Origin: Planctomycetota bacterium
GTDB taxonomy: Bacteria > Planctomycetota > UBA8108 > SXIK01
NCBI GenBank assembly: GCA_965223265.1
Contig: OZ244999.1
Coordinates: 1,408,001-1,472,000 of the forward strand
Direction of reading: 5' to 3'
DNA: 64,000 bases
The notes under the pieces were generated by a model. It was not told the origin of the DNA. It saw nothing but the letters and a program-made list of their open reading frames with translations, and did not search any database. Below are positions 47,040-56,768 of the stretch, in pieces; position 1 is the first letter of the stretch, and each line of letters opens with the position of its first letter. Position numbers and translations under genes: made by a program.

Positions 47040-50000
47040 ATGGGCCGGGGATTCCGGGGGGTACTGTATACAGTTACTCTCATCCTTTTTTCGTCCCCGG
47101 CACTCGACGCGTTCACGATCACGCGGAACTCCGCATCGGTAGTCTACCTCGACACGGGTAAGAACCTTGCCGGGCACTACGCGGCTTATCAGATCACAAA
47201 CACTGGTGTCGCGCGCGACGACGTTTGGGTTGGCGTCGACTCGTTCGCGGGCGGCGTTGTCACGCTCGCCACAAACGAAGACGGCATCATCCAGCTCGGC
47301 GCGATGGCAAGCGGTGAGACGAAGACCGCATTCGTGTATCTCGTCGCTTCCGGTGCCACGACAACGGCACAGACGCACGTCGTCAGCGTTTACTCTTCCC
47401 GTCCGCCCGGAGTGGCTCTCGCGAGTCAGGGATTCTCGCTCACCTCAGCTTCGACCATCAGCGCGAACGCGAACAAGGTGTCGATTGTCGTCGCCGATCC
47501 GGACCCGGGAACGCTTGGCTCTCTGCTAACGATTCAGGTCACCGGTGCGACAGGTACCATCGGCGCCGCCAAGATCCTTTCGTTCAATCCGGCGTCGTTT
47601 CCGGACTGGCCCGCTGATGCCTACCGTCTTGAGACGACGTCGATCGTCTTTAGCGGCGGCAACACTGGGACGTTCACTGACACTTTGCTGATCCCGTCGG
47701 CAGGGCTCTCCACATCGAACACGGATTACGTCGCAACCTACACCTTTCGCGCTAGCCGCATCACAACGGGCGACACACCGGTCAGTCCGGTGGCTTACAT
47801 CAGCAGCGGCACGCAGGTGAAGCACACTTCGACGGGCAATTTCGCAGACTTGCCGCCTGTTCAACCTGCCACCAACGTGCTCACCATGTCGAAGTCGGCT
47901 GCACCGTCAGCGTTTGCCGCCGGAGGGACCGCGACGTACACCGTGACGGTCACGAACTCGGGCGCACTTGATTCCGTTGTGCAGGATTTTTCTGACACGC
48001 TCCCAACCTCCCCGGCGTCTGTCACGTATCAGACCGGGACGTCCACTTTCGCGGGGAGCGCGATTGGCGATCCGACGCAAGTCGGTTCAACACTCACCTG
48101 GGTGGGTGCGTTCTCGGTCCCCGCTGGTGGCACGGCGAGTCTCACCTATCAGGTGACGATCCCGTCGACGATCGGCACCTACACCAACTCCGTGGTCGGT
48201 CATATCGGCAGCGAGCAGATCGACGCCTCGCTCGACACGACAAACAGCGCGCCGGCGACGACACCGATCACTGTAGGCACAGACACCGACGGCGACACGA
48301 TCGAAGACGCGGTGGACCTTGACGACGACAACGATGGCATCCCCGACGCGACGGAGGGGACCGGGGACAGCGACGGCGATGGGATCGCCGATAGTCTGGA
48401 CCTCGACAGCGACGACGACGGCATCGTGGATCTGGTGGAAGCCGGAGGCGTCGACGCAGACGGTGACGGTCAGGTGGACGGTTTCACGGACATCAACGGC
48501 GATGGCCTCGACGACACCCTGGCGTCGTCGCCGCTGCCGGTGCCGAACAGCGACGGGGACGCGGTGGCGGACTACCTCGACGTGGACTCCGATGGCGACG
48601 GGATCGTCGACAACGTCGAGTCACACACGACGGCGGCGTACACTGCGCCGCTGGGCTCTGACACCGACGGCGACGGCCTCGACGACGCCTACGACACTGA
48701 CGACGGCGGCACGGCGATCGTGCTGGCGAACACAGACGGCGCGGGCAATCCGGACCACCTTGACACCGACACCGACGGCGACGGAGTGCCCGATGCGATC
48801 GAGGGGCACGACGCCGACATGGACGGAGCTGCGGACCGTACAGCTGCAGGCGCGGACGCGGATGGCGATGGTCTCGACGACAACTACGACACGGTGTCGG
48901 GTCCGGGTGTGGGTAACGAGACGGGCTCAAACGCAGATCTGCAAAACAGCGACGGAGCGGGCGAGCGCGACTGGCGCGACACCGACGACGACGAGGACGG
49001 CACGCCGACGTCAGGCGAGGACGGCAACTCCAACGGCAACTTCGCCGACGACGACGCCGACAGCGACGGCACTCCGGACTACCTCGACGCAACGGCTGGC
49101 GTGGAAGTCAACACGATCGCGGTGGATGAAAACGGTGGCGATCTGCAGCCGGGCGACGTGATCACGTACACGATCACGGTATCGAAACTCGGCACTTCCG
49201 ATGCGACCAACGCTCTCTTGCAGGCAGCGATCCCTTCGAACGCCAGCTACGTGTCAGGGTCCACGACGCTCAACGGAGCCTCGCTCTCGGACGTTGCCGG
49301 AACGTCTGCTCTCGTCGACGGCGCTGCGGTTAACTCGCCGGGAGATCCTAGCGGGACGATCAGTGGCGGCGACTCTGCGGTGCTCACCTTTCAAGTGGTC
49401 GTCGCTGCTGATGCCATCGCCGGGACACTGATCACCGCTCAAGCTTTCCTCGAGAGCGAGGACGCGGTGTCGGGTCCTTTGCCGACGGAGCCAAGCGACG
49501 ACCCGTCGACGAACGAGGACAACGATCCCACGACGCTGGTGGTCGGCAGCGCACCGGCCCTCGTCGCGATCAAGACTTCCGTCGACGACGACGGCGGCTC
49601 GTTGGAACCTGGCGACACGATCACGTACTCCATCGAAATACGAAACGAAGGCAGTTCTGACGCTAGCGATGTCGTCTTTGTCGACTCCGTGCCAAATCTA
49701 ACTTCCTACGTTTCTGCGTCGATCGTCGTCGACTCCGTTTCTTTGACTGACGCGGATGATAGCGATGTCGCAGACTTTGGAATCTCGAACGCGAACGCCG
49801 TCACGGTACGCGTTGCGTCAATCTCCAGTGGTGACAATGTGAACGTGACGTTTCGTGTCACTGTGAATGGAGCCGCGGCGGACGGCGCCGTCGTCAGCAA
49901 TCAAGGGGAGATTTCCTCCTCGGACGCGTCGAGCATCTCCACCGATGACAACGGCGATCCTTCCGACGGTGCAGCGCCGACCCGAATGGTTGTCGGCGCG

Positions 50001-53000
50001 GTACCCGCGCTGCGGTTGACGAAGCAGGCGACCGACCTCAATGGCGGTGAAGTGCAACCTGGCGACACGATCGAGTACCGCATCGAGATCGAGAACTTCG
50101 GCGCCGCAGATGCGGCAGGCATCGTTCTCACCGATCCTCTCAGCTCTCCCGATTTCTCATATGTCGCTGGATCGACGACGTTCGACGGTCAACCGCAGGC
50201 CGACGTGAGCGGACTTTCCCCACTCGTCGGTGGCCTGCCCATCGCGACACTAGCCGCGGGGAGTTCTGGTGTTGTGCGGTTGAGGGTGGTCGTCGACGGA
50301 TCTCTCGCGGCCGGCGCGACGATCGACAACCAAGCCGCGTTCACGGCGACAGGGGGGCTCGCCGGCGTTTCCGACTCGAGTCTTGATGACGGCAGCGAAA
50401 CCGGCAATGACGCCGGCGATGCCAACGACGACGATGTGACGCGCGTTCAAGTCGGCGGCGCGCCTGGCACCGGCGTCATCTCCGGGACAGTATTCCTCGA
50501 TGTCGACCACGACCGCACCGCCGACAGTGGCGAACCGCAGCTTACCGGCTGGATTGTCGAGCTCGTGTCTGCAAGCGGACAGGTGCTGGCTTCGGTGCCT
50601 AGCGACGCCGATGGGGCGTATCAATTCTTGAATGTTCCACCGGCACCCGACTATCAGATCCACTTTCGTCATCCGGAAACGAACGCGGTGTTCGGTGCTG
50701 CCTTGGCGGTCTCTGTTGACGGCGGCGCCTCGAGCGCGGAGGTTGACTTGCCACTCGATCCGAGCGGCGTTGTCTACGACGCCGTCACTCGAGATCCTGT
50801 TCCTGGCGCTATCGTCCGTCTCGAGGGACCGCTCGGTTTCGACCCGAGTATTCACGTCCTACCCGGACAACAAGGGCAAACGACGCCGAGTGACGGAATC
50901 TATCGCTTCGATCTTCTTCCAGGATTCCCTGCTGGAGAATACCAAATCGTCGTGGAACCTCCGACGGGCTATCTCTCAGCGTTTCCTTCGTCGCTCATTC
51001 CACCGCGCACCGACGCGCTCGACCCAACCGGTTTGAGCGATCCTCTTCTTGTCGTGCCGAGCGCTGCGCCGCCTACTGAAGCGCGGCTCGCAGCCATTGC
51101 TCCAAGCGAGCGGTCGAACCACGTGACTTACTACGTGCGCTTTGATCTCAGCACCGGGGATCCACAGGTTGTCAATAACCATGTGCCGCTCGACCCAGCT
51201 CTCTCAACGGCTCTTGTGGTGACGAAGACAACTCCGCTCGTCAACGTCAAGCGCGGTGATCTCGTGCCGTACACGATCGAGGTGACGAACACTGTGGCGT
51301 CGCCCGTCGTCGACGTGGACTTGCAGGATCGTCTCCCCCCGGGTTTCAAGTACGTCCGCAGCTCGGCGTCGCTCGACGGATCGCCTCTCGAGCCAGCGGC
51401 TGTTGGGCGCGACCTCAGCTGGACCGGATTGAGCTTCGCGGCGAACCAATCGAGGCAGCTGCGTCTCGTTCTCGTCGTTGGCGCGGGAGTGAGTGAGGGA
51501 AAATATGTCAACCTCGCGTGGGTGCTCGACGGAGTCACGGGACTCCCCCTTTCGAACGTCGGAGACGTGGCTGTTAACCTGGTCCCGGACCCCGTTTTCG
51601 ACTTCGCGGAGATCATAGGAAAGGTATTCGACGATCGTAACGGCGACGGCCAGCAGGATGATGGGGAGCCAGGCATCCCGGGCGTACGCATCGCCTCGGC
51701 GCGGGGGCTTCTGATCACGACCGACGAACACGGCCGCTACCACTTGACTGCAGCGCAGATTCCTCACGAGCTCCGAGGCTCGAACTTCATCTTGAAGTTG
51801 GATCCGCGCAGCCTGCCGTCAGGGTTCCGAATGACAACCGAGAATCCCCGGGTTGTCAGGTTGACGCGGGGAAAGGTGACGAAGGCAAACTTCGGCGTCA
51901 GTCTATCGCGTGTTGTCAGTGTCGAGTTGACGCGTGAAGCTTTCGAACCGAATGAGGCTCGACTCGCTGAGCGCTGGACGGCTCAACTTCGGAATCTCGT
52001 GAAGACGCTCGCGGGTGCACCATCTGTTCTGCGAGTGGCGTACCGGGCGGCGCATGGTGAGACGCGCGCGGAGGTCGAACGTCGACTCGATGATTTCGCC
52101 GCGCGAGTGCATCGGCTTTGGGAAGCAGAGGGGGATCTTCCGACCCTGAGCATCGAAGAGAAGATCGTTTGGGTCGCGTCTACGCCCGCCGCGCAGGAGG
52201 CTCGCATGACGGCAGACGCCACCTCTGCCAGGGACGAAGACTCAGCCGCGACCGGCGTCGATTCCTTGCGCTCGAAATCCGACGAGGGATCGTCGGGCTT
52301 AGAGGGAGGGCGTTCTGGGGAGGGCGATGCCTCAACGGATAGTGAAGAGGATAGTCGCAGTGTTTTGGCTCCGCCACCGTCGTCAATACCACCACCACTG
52401 CCGGATGGAGCGGGAGAGGAGACGAGTCGCGCACCGCAGCTGGATGCCGTCCTGGAGGAGCCCGACGAACCACGAGCAGCGAAGCTGCGCGGCAAGCAGC
52501 TCGACTCGAGCCGGGTGGTGCGTCGCTCCCCCGCGCTCAACACGGAGGACGCTGCGCCGCGCGCCGACGGGGCGACAACGTCCGCCACACCGTTTCGCGT
52601 CAGCGTCGAGGGTTTCGGCGACGAGCCGGCTTCGCCTGGTGACAAGGATCGCGAGGCCGACCGTGCGTTCGCCGAAAGTGGCGTCCAGATGCGCTACGAC
52701 TCTCTCGTCGCCGAGCGCATCTTGAACGTGACTCCGTGGCCGGATGCCGGTGTGATCGGCCAGACCGTGAGTTTCCAAGCTTTCTCGAACTACGCTCACT
52801 TCATCGAGCGCGGCGAGGTACGCATCTTTCGACCCGGTATCTCTCCACAGGGAAAACCAGTGGCCGTCCTGCCTCTGGACGCGACGTGGAAGGCCGAATG
52901 GATCCCTCAGCCGATCGATGATATGGAGGTGAATTTCGTCGTCAGGGTCTATGACGAAGCGGGGCGATACGATGAGACGGTGCCGCGTCGGTTGCCGCTG

Positions 53001-55988
53001 GCGCGACGGGATCACACGCTCGACTCGGAACGCGACGACGCGCCAAGCCTCGAAGAAGAGCTCCTCGCGGGTTACGGGCAAAACCACCTCGATGCGATGC
53101 GGCGCAATATCCAGGTGAATGGCGGTACGGTCACAGTCAACGGATCGAAGCTGCCGCCGGAGGTTCGTGCGTTTGTTCGCGGGGTGCCGGTGCCGGTTGA
53201 TCGCACCGGGCGATTCGTTGCGCAGCAGATCTTCCCGAGTGGAACCCATGCCGTTGAAGTCGAGCTGCGTGGGAACGGCGGAGACGCCATCGTGCTGCGG
53301 CGGAACGTCTACGTCCCAGAAGATGACTGGTTCGTCGTCGCCATCGGCGACCTCACCGTCGGCGGCAGCGTCTCGAATGGCGACATCGAGGAGGTGACGC
53401 AGAATGAGGACTTCGACGACAGCGTCCGCGTCGACGGACGCGCTGCGTTCTATCTCAAGGGCAAGATCCGTGGGCGCTACCTCCTCACGGCGAGTCTCGA
53501 TACGTCAGAGGATGACATCGAAAACATTTTTCGCAACCTGAGCGATCGCGATCCACGTCAGCTCTTGCGGCGGCTCGACCCGGACCGATTCTATCCTGTC
53601 TACGGCGACGACAGTACGGTTACCGAAGACGCACCGACGCAAGGACGTTTCTACGTCAAGCTCGAAGCCGGTGACTCCTACGTTATGTGGGGGAATTACA
53701 TCACGGAGATCGTCGGCACAGATCTCGCGCAAGTGGACCGCGGGCTGTACGGCGCGCGGCTCCACTGGGTGAGCGAGAGTGCGACGGCGCATGGTGAGCG
53801 AAGAACGCGGGCCGACGGCTTTGTCGCCACTCCCGATTCGGTGCAGGTACGCGAAGAGCATCGCGGCACGGGTGGATCTCTCTATTACCTGCAGCATCAA
53901 GACATCACGCTCGGATCGGAACGCGTGCGCGTCGAGGTGCGTGACAAGGACTCGGGGTTAGTGCTGGCGACGAAGAACCTGATTCCGAATCAGGACTACG
54001 ACATCGATCCTTTGCAGGGGCGCGTCCTTCTGACTCGCCCGTTGCCGTCGAACGCCACCGACGGGCTTCTCGTCAGTACCTCGGGACTCTCGGGGCACCC
54101 AGTGATTCTTGTCGTGCGTTATGAATTCGTGCCAACAGCAGGAGACGTGGACGAACTCGCCATTGGTGGTCGCGCGTCGCATTGGGTCAACGACCACCTT
54201 GAGCTCGGCGTCACGGCGTCGCATCAACAACTGGAGGGATTCGATCAGGATCTTGCAGGTGCTGATGTCACGCTGCGTTTGACGCCGGAGAGCTATCTCA
54301 AGGCTGAGGTCGCCGTATCCGACGGTGCCGGCGCCGGGGAGATGGGGTCGATCGATGGTGGCTTCAGCTTTGGCGCCCTGGCACCCGGAATGCAGAACCG
54401 CGAGGCGCTCAGCTGGCGGGTCGAAGGTGCGAGTGATCTCCAGGACATCACAGCGTCGATGCGCGGTGCGACGACGTTCTACTTCGAGCGCCGACAAGCA
54501 GGTTTCTCGGCACCTGGCAAGCTCACGCCGAGCGATACGAACCAGTGGGGCGCGTCGCTTGAACTGCCGATTTCCGACGTCGCCAAGGTCGCGGCGAAGT
54601 ACGACGAGTTTGATCAGAAGTCCGGCGTGCACAAAAGGAACATCGACGGTAGTACCGAACTATCGCTCACTGAGCACGTCTACGCGAGAGCCGGAGCACG
54701 CCATGACTGGTTGGACGGCGGCGTCTCGCTCAGCGGATTTTCGATCCGCGGCGGATCGCGCACTGACGTCGCAGGTCGCCTTGGTTGGCGCAGTGAAGAG
54801 GACTGGGACGTCTATGCGTTCGGGCAGGTCACCGCGCACCGTACCGACCGCCGCAGCCCCAACAATCGCTACGGCGGCGGCGCGACCTTGCGACTCACCC
54901 GGCGACTCGAAGTCGGATCCGAAGTGTCCGGCGGCAACGGAGGCGTCGGCGGTCGCGTTTCCAGCGACTTTCAGTGGACGGACCGTACCAACGTCTACTT
55001 GGCGTATCAGCTCGACGCCGACCGCACCGATACTGGCTATGGCGGGCGCAACGGGACCATGACTACCGGCATGCGGATGCGCTACAGCGATGCGCTCAGC
55101 GTCTTTGGCGAAGAACGCGTGCACCACGGCGATGTGCAGGAGGGAATGGTGCACGCTTACGGTGTCGACTTGGCGCCTGCTGACCGATGGACCCTCGGCG
55201 TTACGTTCGAAAACGGCACGCTTCAAAGCCGCGATCTGTTCGGTGAATTTGAGCGCACTGCGGTGACAGGATCGATCGGCTATGACAGCGAGTCGCTCGG
55301 ACTCGGAACAGCCCTGCAGTGGCGCCGCGATCTCGGCGGTGGCGTTGAGCGGCAGCTTTGGCTCGTGCGCAACAACGCACGCGTGCAGCTGTCTGACGAT
55401 TGGCGCGCGCTGGTGAAGTTCAATTTTTCTACGAGCCACTCCAACCAAGGATCGTTCTTCAGCTCGGACTTCACGGAGGCTGTTTTGGGGCTGGCGTACC
55501 GGCCGGTGGCTAGCGACCGACTCAACGCTCTGTTCAAGTACACCTACTTTCGCAACGTCCCCTCTCCCGGTCAGATCGACGCATTTCGCCAGGCGCTCGA
55601 TTTTTCGCAGCGCAGTCACGTGCTCTCTGCGGACGCTACCTACGATCTCGTCGCGTGGCTTTCGGTCGGCGGCAAGTATGCGTTTCGCATCAGCGAGCTC
55701 CGCGCGTCGAAAACGAGCGGGCCGTGGTTCTCCAGCATGGCGCACCTCGTGGTCGGGCGGTTGGACTTTCACATCGTACGCAATTGGGACGCGATTCTCG
55801 AGGGCCGGGCACTCTGGGTCGACGAAGCGGAGGATCTTCGCGTCGGTGCGCTTGCGGGCATCTATCGGCACTTCGGCGATCATTTTAAGTTCGGCGTCGG
55901 CTACAACTTTGCTGACTTCTCCGATGATCTGACGGACCTCTCGTACGACCACCACGGCATCTTCGTCAACGTGATCGGCAAGTACTAG
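47040..55988 (+). CDS. Giant surface protein (about 2980 aa): DUF11 repeats, thrombospondin type-3-like Ca-binding repeats, SdrD-B-like domains, C-terminal outer-membrane beta-barrel
   Basis: Signal peptide from ATG 47040; PGDTITYxIxxxN repeats; many DxDxDG motifs; GxVFxDxDxD; amphipathic strands ending GIFVNVIGKY. Confidence 0.85.
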   Translation: MGRGFRGVLYTVTLILFSSPALDAFTITRNSASVVYLDTGKNLAGHYAAYQITNTGVARDDVWVGVDSFAGGVVTLATNEDGIIQLGAMASGETKTAFVYLVASGATTTAQTHVVSVYSSRPPGVALASQGFSLTSASTISANANKVSIVVADPDPGTLGSLLTIQVTGATGTIGAAKILSFNPASFPDWPADAYRLETTSIVFSGGNTGTFTDTLLIPSAGLSTSNTDYVATYTFRASRITTGDTPVSPVAYISSGTQVKHTSTGNFADLPPVQPATNVLTMSKSAAPSAFAAGGTATYTVTVTNSGALDSVVQDFSDTLPTSPASVTYQTGTSTFAGSAIGDPTQVGSTLTWVGAFSVPAGGTASLTYQVTIPSTIGTYTNSVVGHIGSEQIDASLDTTNSAPATTPITVGTDTDGDTIEDAVDLDDDNDGIPDATEGTGDSDGDGIADSLDLDSDDDGIVDLVEAGGVDADGDGQVDGFTDINGDGLDDTLASSPLPVPNSDGDAVADYLDVDSDGDGIVDNVESHTTAAYTAPLGSDTDGDGLDDAYDTDDGGTAIVLANTDGAGNPDHLDTDTDGDGVPDAIEGHDADMDGAADRTAAGADADGDGLDDNYDTVSGPGVGNETGSNADLQNSDGAGERDWRDTDDDEDGTPTSGEDGNSNGNFADDDADSDGTPDYLDATAGVEVNTIAVDENGGDLQPGDVITYTITVSKLGTSDATNALLQAAIPSNASYVSGSTTLNGASLSDVAGTSALVDGAAVNSPGDPSGTISGGDSAVLTFQVVVAADAIAGTLITAQAFLESEDAVSGPLPTEPSDDPSTNEDNDPTTLVVGSAPALVAIKTSVDDDGGSLEPGDTITYSIEIRNEGSSDASDVVFVDSVPNLTSYVSASIVVDSVSLTDADDSDVADFGISNANAVTVRVASISSGDNVNVTFRVTVNGAAADGAVVSNQGEISSSDASSISTDDNGDPSDGAAPTRMVVGAVPALRLTKQATDLNGGEVQPGDTIEYRIEIENFGAADAAGIVLTDPLSSPDFSYVAGSTTFDGQPQADVSGLSPLVGGLPIATLAAGSSGVVRLRVVVDGSLAAGATIDNQAAFTATGGLAGVSDSSLDDGSETGNDAGDANDDDVTRVQVGGAPGTGVISGTVFLDVDHDRTADSGEPQLTGWIVELVSASGQVLASVPSDADGAYQFLNVPPAPDYQIHFRHPETNAVFGAALAVSVDGGASSAEVDLPLDPSGVVYDAVTRDPVPGAIVRLEGPLGFDPSIHVLPGQQGQTTPSDGIYRFDLLPGFPAGEYQIVVEPPTGYLSAFPSSLIPPRTDALDPTGLSDPLLVVPSAAPPTEARLAAIAPSERSNHVTYYVRFDLSTGDPQVVNNHVPLDPALSTALVVTKTTPLVNVKRGDLVPYTIEVTNTVASPVVDVDLQDRLPPGFKYVRSSASLDGSPLEPAAVGRDLSWTGLSFAANQSRQLRLVLVVGAGVSEGKYVNLAWVLDGVTGLPLSNVGDVAVNLVPDPVFDFAEIIGKVFDDRNGDGQQDDGEPGIPGVRIASARGLLITTDEHGRYHLTAAQIPHELRGSNFILKLDPRSLPSGFRMTTENPRVVRLTRGKVTKANFGVSLSRVVSVELTREAFEPNEARLAERWTAQLRNLVKTLAGAPSVLRVAYRAAHGETRAEVERRLDDFAARVHRLWEAEGDLPTLSIEEKIVWVASTPAAQEARMTADATSARDEDSAATGVDSLRSKSDEGSSGLEGGRSGEGDASTDSEEDSRSVLAPPPSSIPPPLPDGAGEETSRAPQLDAVLEEPDEPRAAKLRGKQLDSSRVVRRSPALNTEDAAPRADGATTSATPFRVSVEGFGDEPASPGDKDREADRAFAESGVQMRYDSLVAERILNVTPWPDAGVIGQTVSFQAFSNYAHFIERGEVRIFRPGISPQGKPVAVLPLDATWKAEWIPQPIDDMEVNFVVRVYDEAGRYDETVPRRLPLARRDHTLDSERDDAPSLEEELLAGYGQNHLDAMRRNIQVNGGTVTVNGSKLPPEVRAFVRGVPVPVDRTGRFVAQQIFPSGTHAVEVELRGNGGDAIVLRRNVYVPEDDWFVVAIGDLTVGGSVSNGDIEEVTQNEDFDDSVRVDGRAAFYLKGKIRGRYLLTASLDTSEDDIENIFRNLSDRDPRQLLRRLDPDRFYPVYGDDSTVTEDAPTQGRFYVKLEAGDSYVMWGNYITEIVGTDLAQVDRGLYGARLHWVSESATAHGERRTRADGFVATPDSVQVREEHRGTGGSLYYLQHQDITLGSERVRVEVRDKDSGLVLATKNLIPNQDYDIDPLQGRVLLTRPLPSNATDGLLVSTSGLSGHPVILVVRYEFVPTAGDVDELAIGGRASHWVNDHLELGVTASHQQLEGFDQDLAGADVTLRLTPESYLKAEVAVSDGAGAGEMGSIDGGFSFGALAPGMQNREALSWRVEGASDLQDITASMRGATTFYFERRQAGFSAPGKLTPSDTNQWGASLELPISDVAKVAAKYDEFDQKSGVHKRNIDGSTELSLTEHVYARAGARHDWLDGGVSLSGFSIRGGSRTDVAGRLGWRSEEDWDVYAFGQVTAHRTDRRSPNNRYGGGATLRLTRRLEVGSEVSGGNGGVGGRVSSDFQWTDRTNVYLAYQLDADRTDTGYGGRNGTMTTGMRMRYSDALSVFGEERVHHGDVQEGMVHAYGVDLAPADRWTLGVTFENGTLQSRDLFGEFERTAVTGSIGYDSESLGLGTALQWRRDLGGGVERQLWLVRNNARVQLSDDWRALVKFNFSTSHSNQGSFFSSDFTEAVLGLAYRPVASDRLNALFKYTYFRNVPSPGQIDAFRQALDFSQRSHVLSADATYDLVAWLSVGGKYAFRISELRASKTSGPWFSSMAHLVVGRLDFHIVRNWDAILEGRALWVDEAEDLRVGALAGIYRHFGDHFKFGVGYNFADFSDDLTDLSYDHHGIFVNVIGKY

Positions 55989-56091
55989 AGGCTATCCCGG
56001 AAAGCCTCGCGCCGCCTCGATGTGAGCGAATACCGGCTCGACGACGACCTTGCGCAGTCGATGGACAGATCCACGTCCTACGGTCCGCAAT

Positions 56092-56531
56092 TGGCAATCG
56101 AAGGAAAGAGGATTACCACAGAGGACACAGAGCTCACAGAGAAGAGCCTGGCGGATACGACATGGAATCAGACGCTGCTACGTCGTTCGACGTCGAGATC
56201 AAAGCAGTCAACTATATCGATCGAATTCGGCGCAACTCCTGACGTAGATAAAACTGGGTCGCCGGACGCTGGGGCTGCTTAGTGAATTTGACGTCGGACT
56301 TCTCAAGGACGGAGTCAGAAGGAGAATGCTCTCGGTCTTCTTCTCTGTGATCCCTGTGTCCTTCCTCTGTGGTGTCCCTCTTCTCAGCGAGATCGGGACC
56401 GCCAAGCTCTCGGCACAGCTCGTGACGTACATGAAGCTGGGCCGTCATGGCGATGGCCGCGCCGCAATGGCAATCGAAGGAGAGAGGATTACCACGGAGG
56501 ACACAGAGCTCACAGAGAAGAGCCCGGCGGA
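56092..56531. repeat. Two 64-bp direct repeats (56092-56155, 56468-56531; 3 mismatches) plus an inverted partial copy (56341-56373)
   Basis: Core ACCACAGAG GACACAGAG CTCACAGAG AAG (9-nt period); inverted copy TTCTCTGTGATCCCTGTGTCCTTCCTCTGTGGT. Confidence 0.92.
56162..56331 (+). pseudogene. Decayed C-terminal fragment of a GxxExxY family (PD-(D/E)XK-like) protein
   Basis: VEIKAV, then after a frameshift AQLLT*IKLGRRTLGLLSEFDVGLLKDGVRR; second fragment AQLVTYMKLG near 56413. Confidence 0.75.
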
Positions 56532-56768
56532 AAGGTCGCGCTGGGCGTGCCGTTGACCGGTGTTGAAACGCTGGCACAACGAAGCCTCGGAAGATTATAG
56601 TTGGGCGTGGAATATGCCCGTGGGGGCGCCCGAACCCCGGTTGTCTGCTCTCGAGCTTGAGAATTCATGCTGATGGCTTCATTCACCTGTGGCGGCTGCC
56701 GTCGCGAACAGACGGCGAACGCGCGTCGACGCTGTGCTCCTCGTGTCGGAGTCGCCACCGCGGCGACC

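Noticed and set aside
48280-49090. DNA-level repeat array or Thr-rich alternative ORF
   Set aside because: Explained by Asp-rich DxDxDG coding repeats of the giant protein.
56092-56531. CRISPR array
   Set aside because: Only two 64-bp direct repeats 376 bp apart with an inverted copy between them; no regular spacers and no cas genes.
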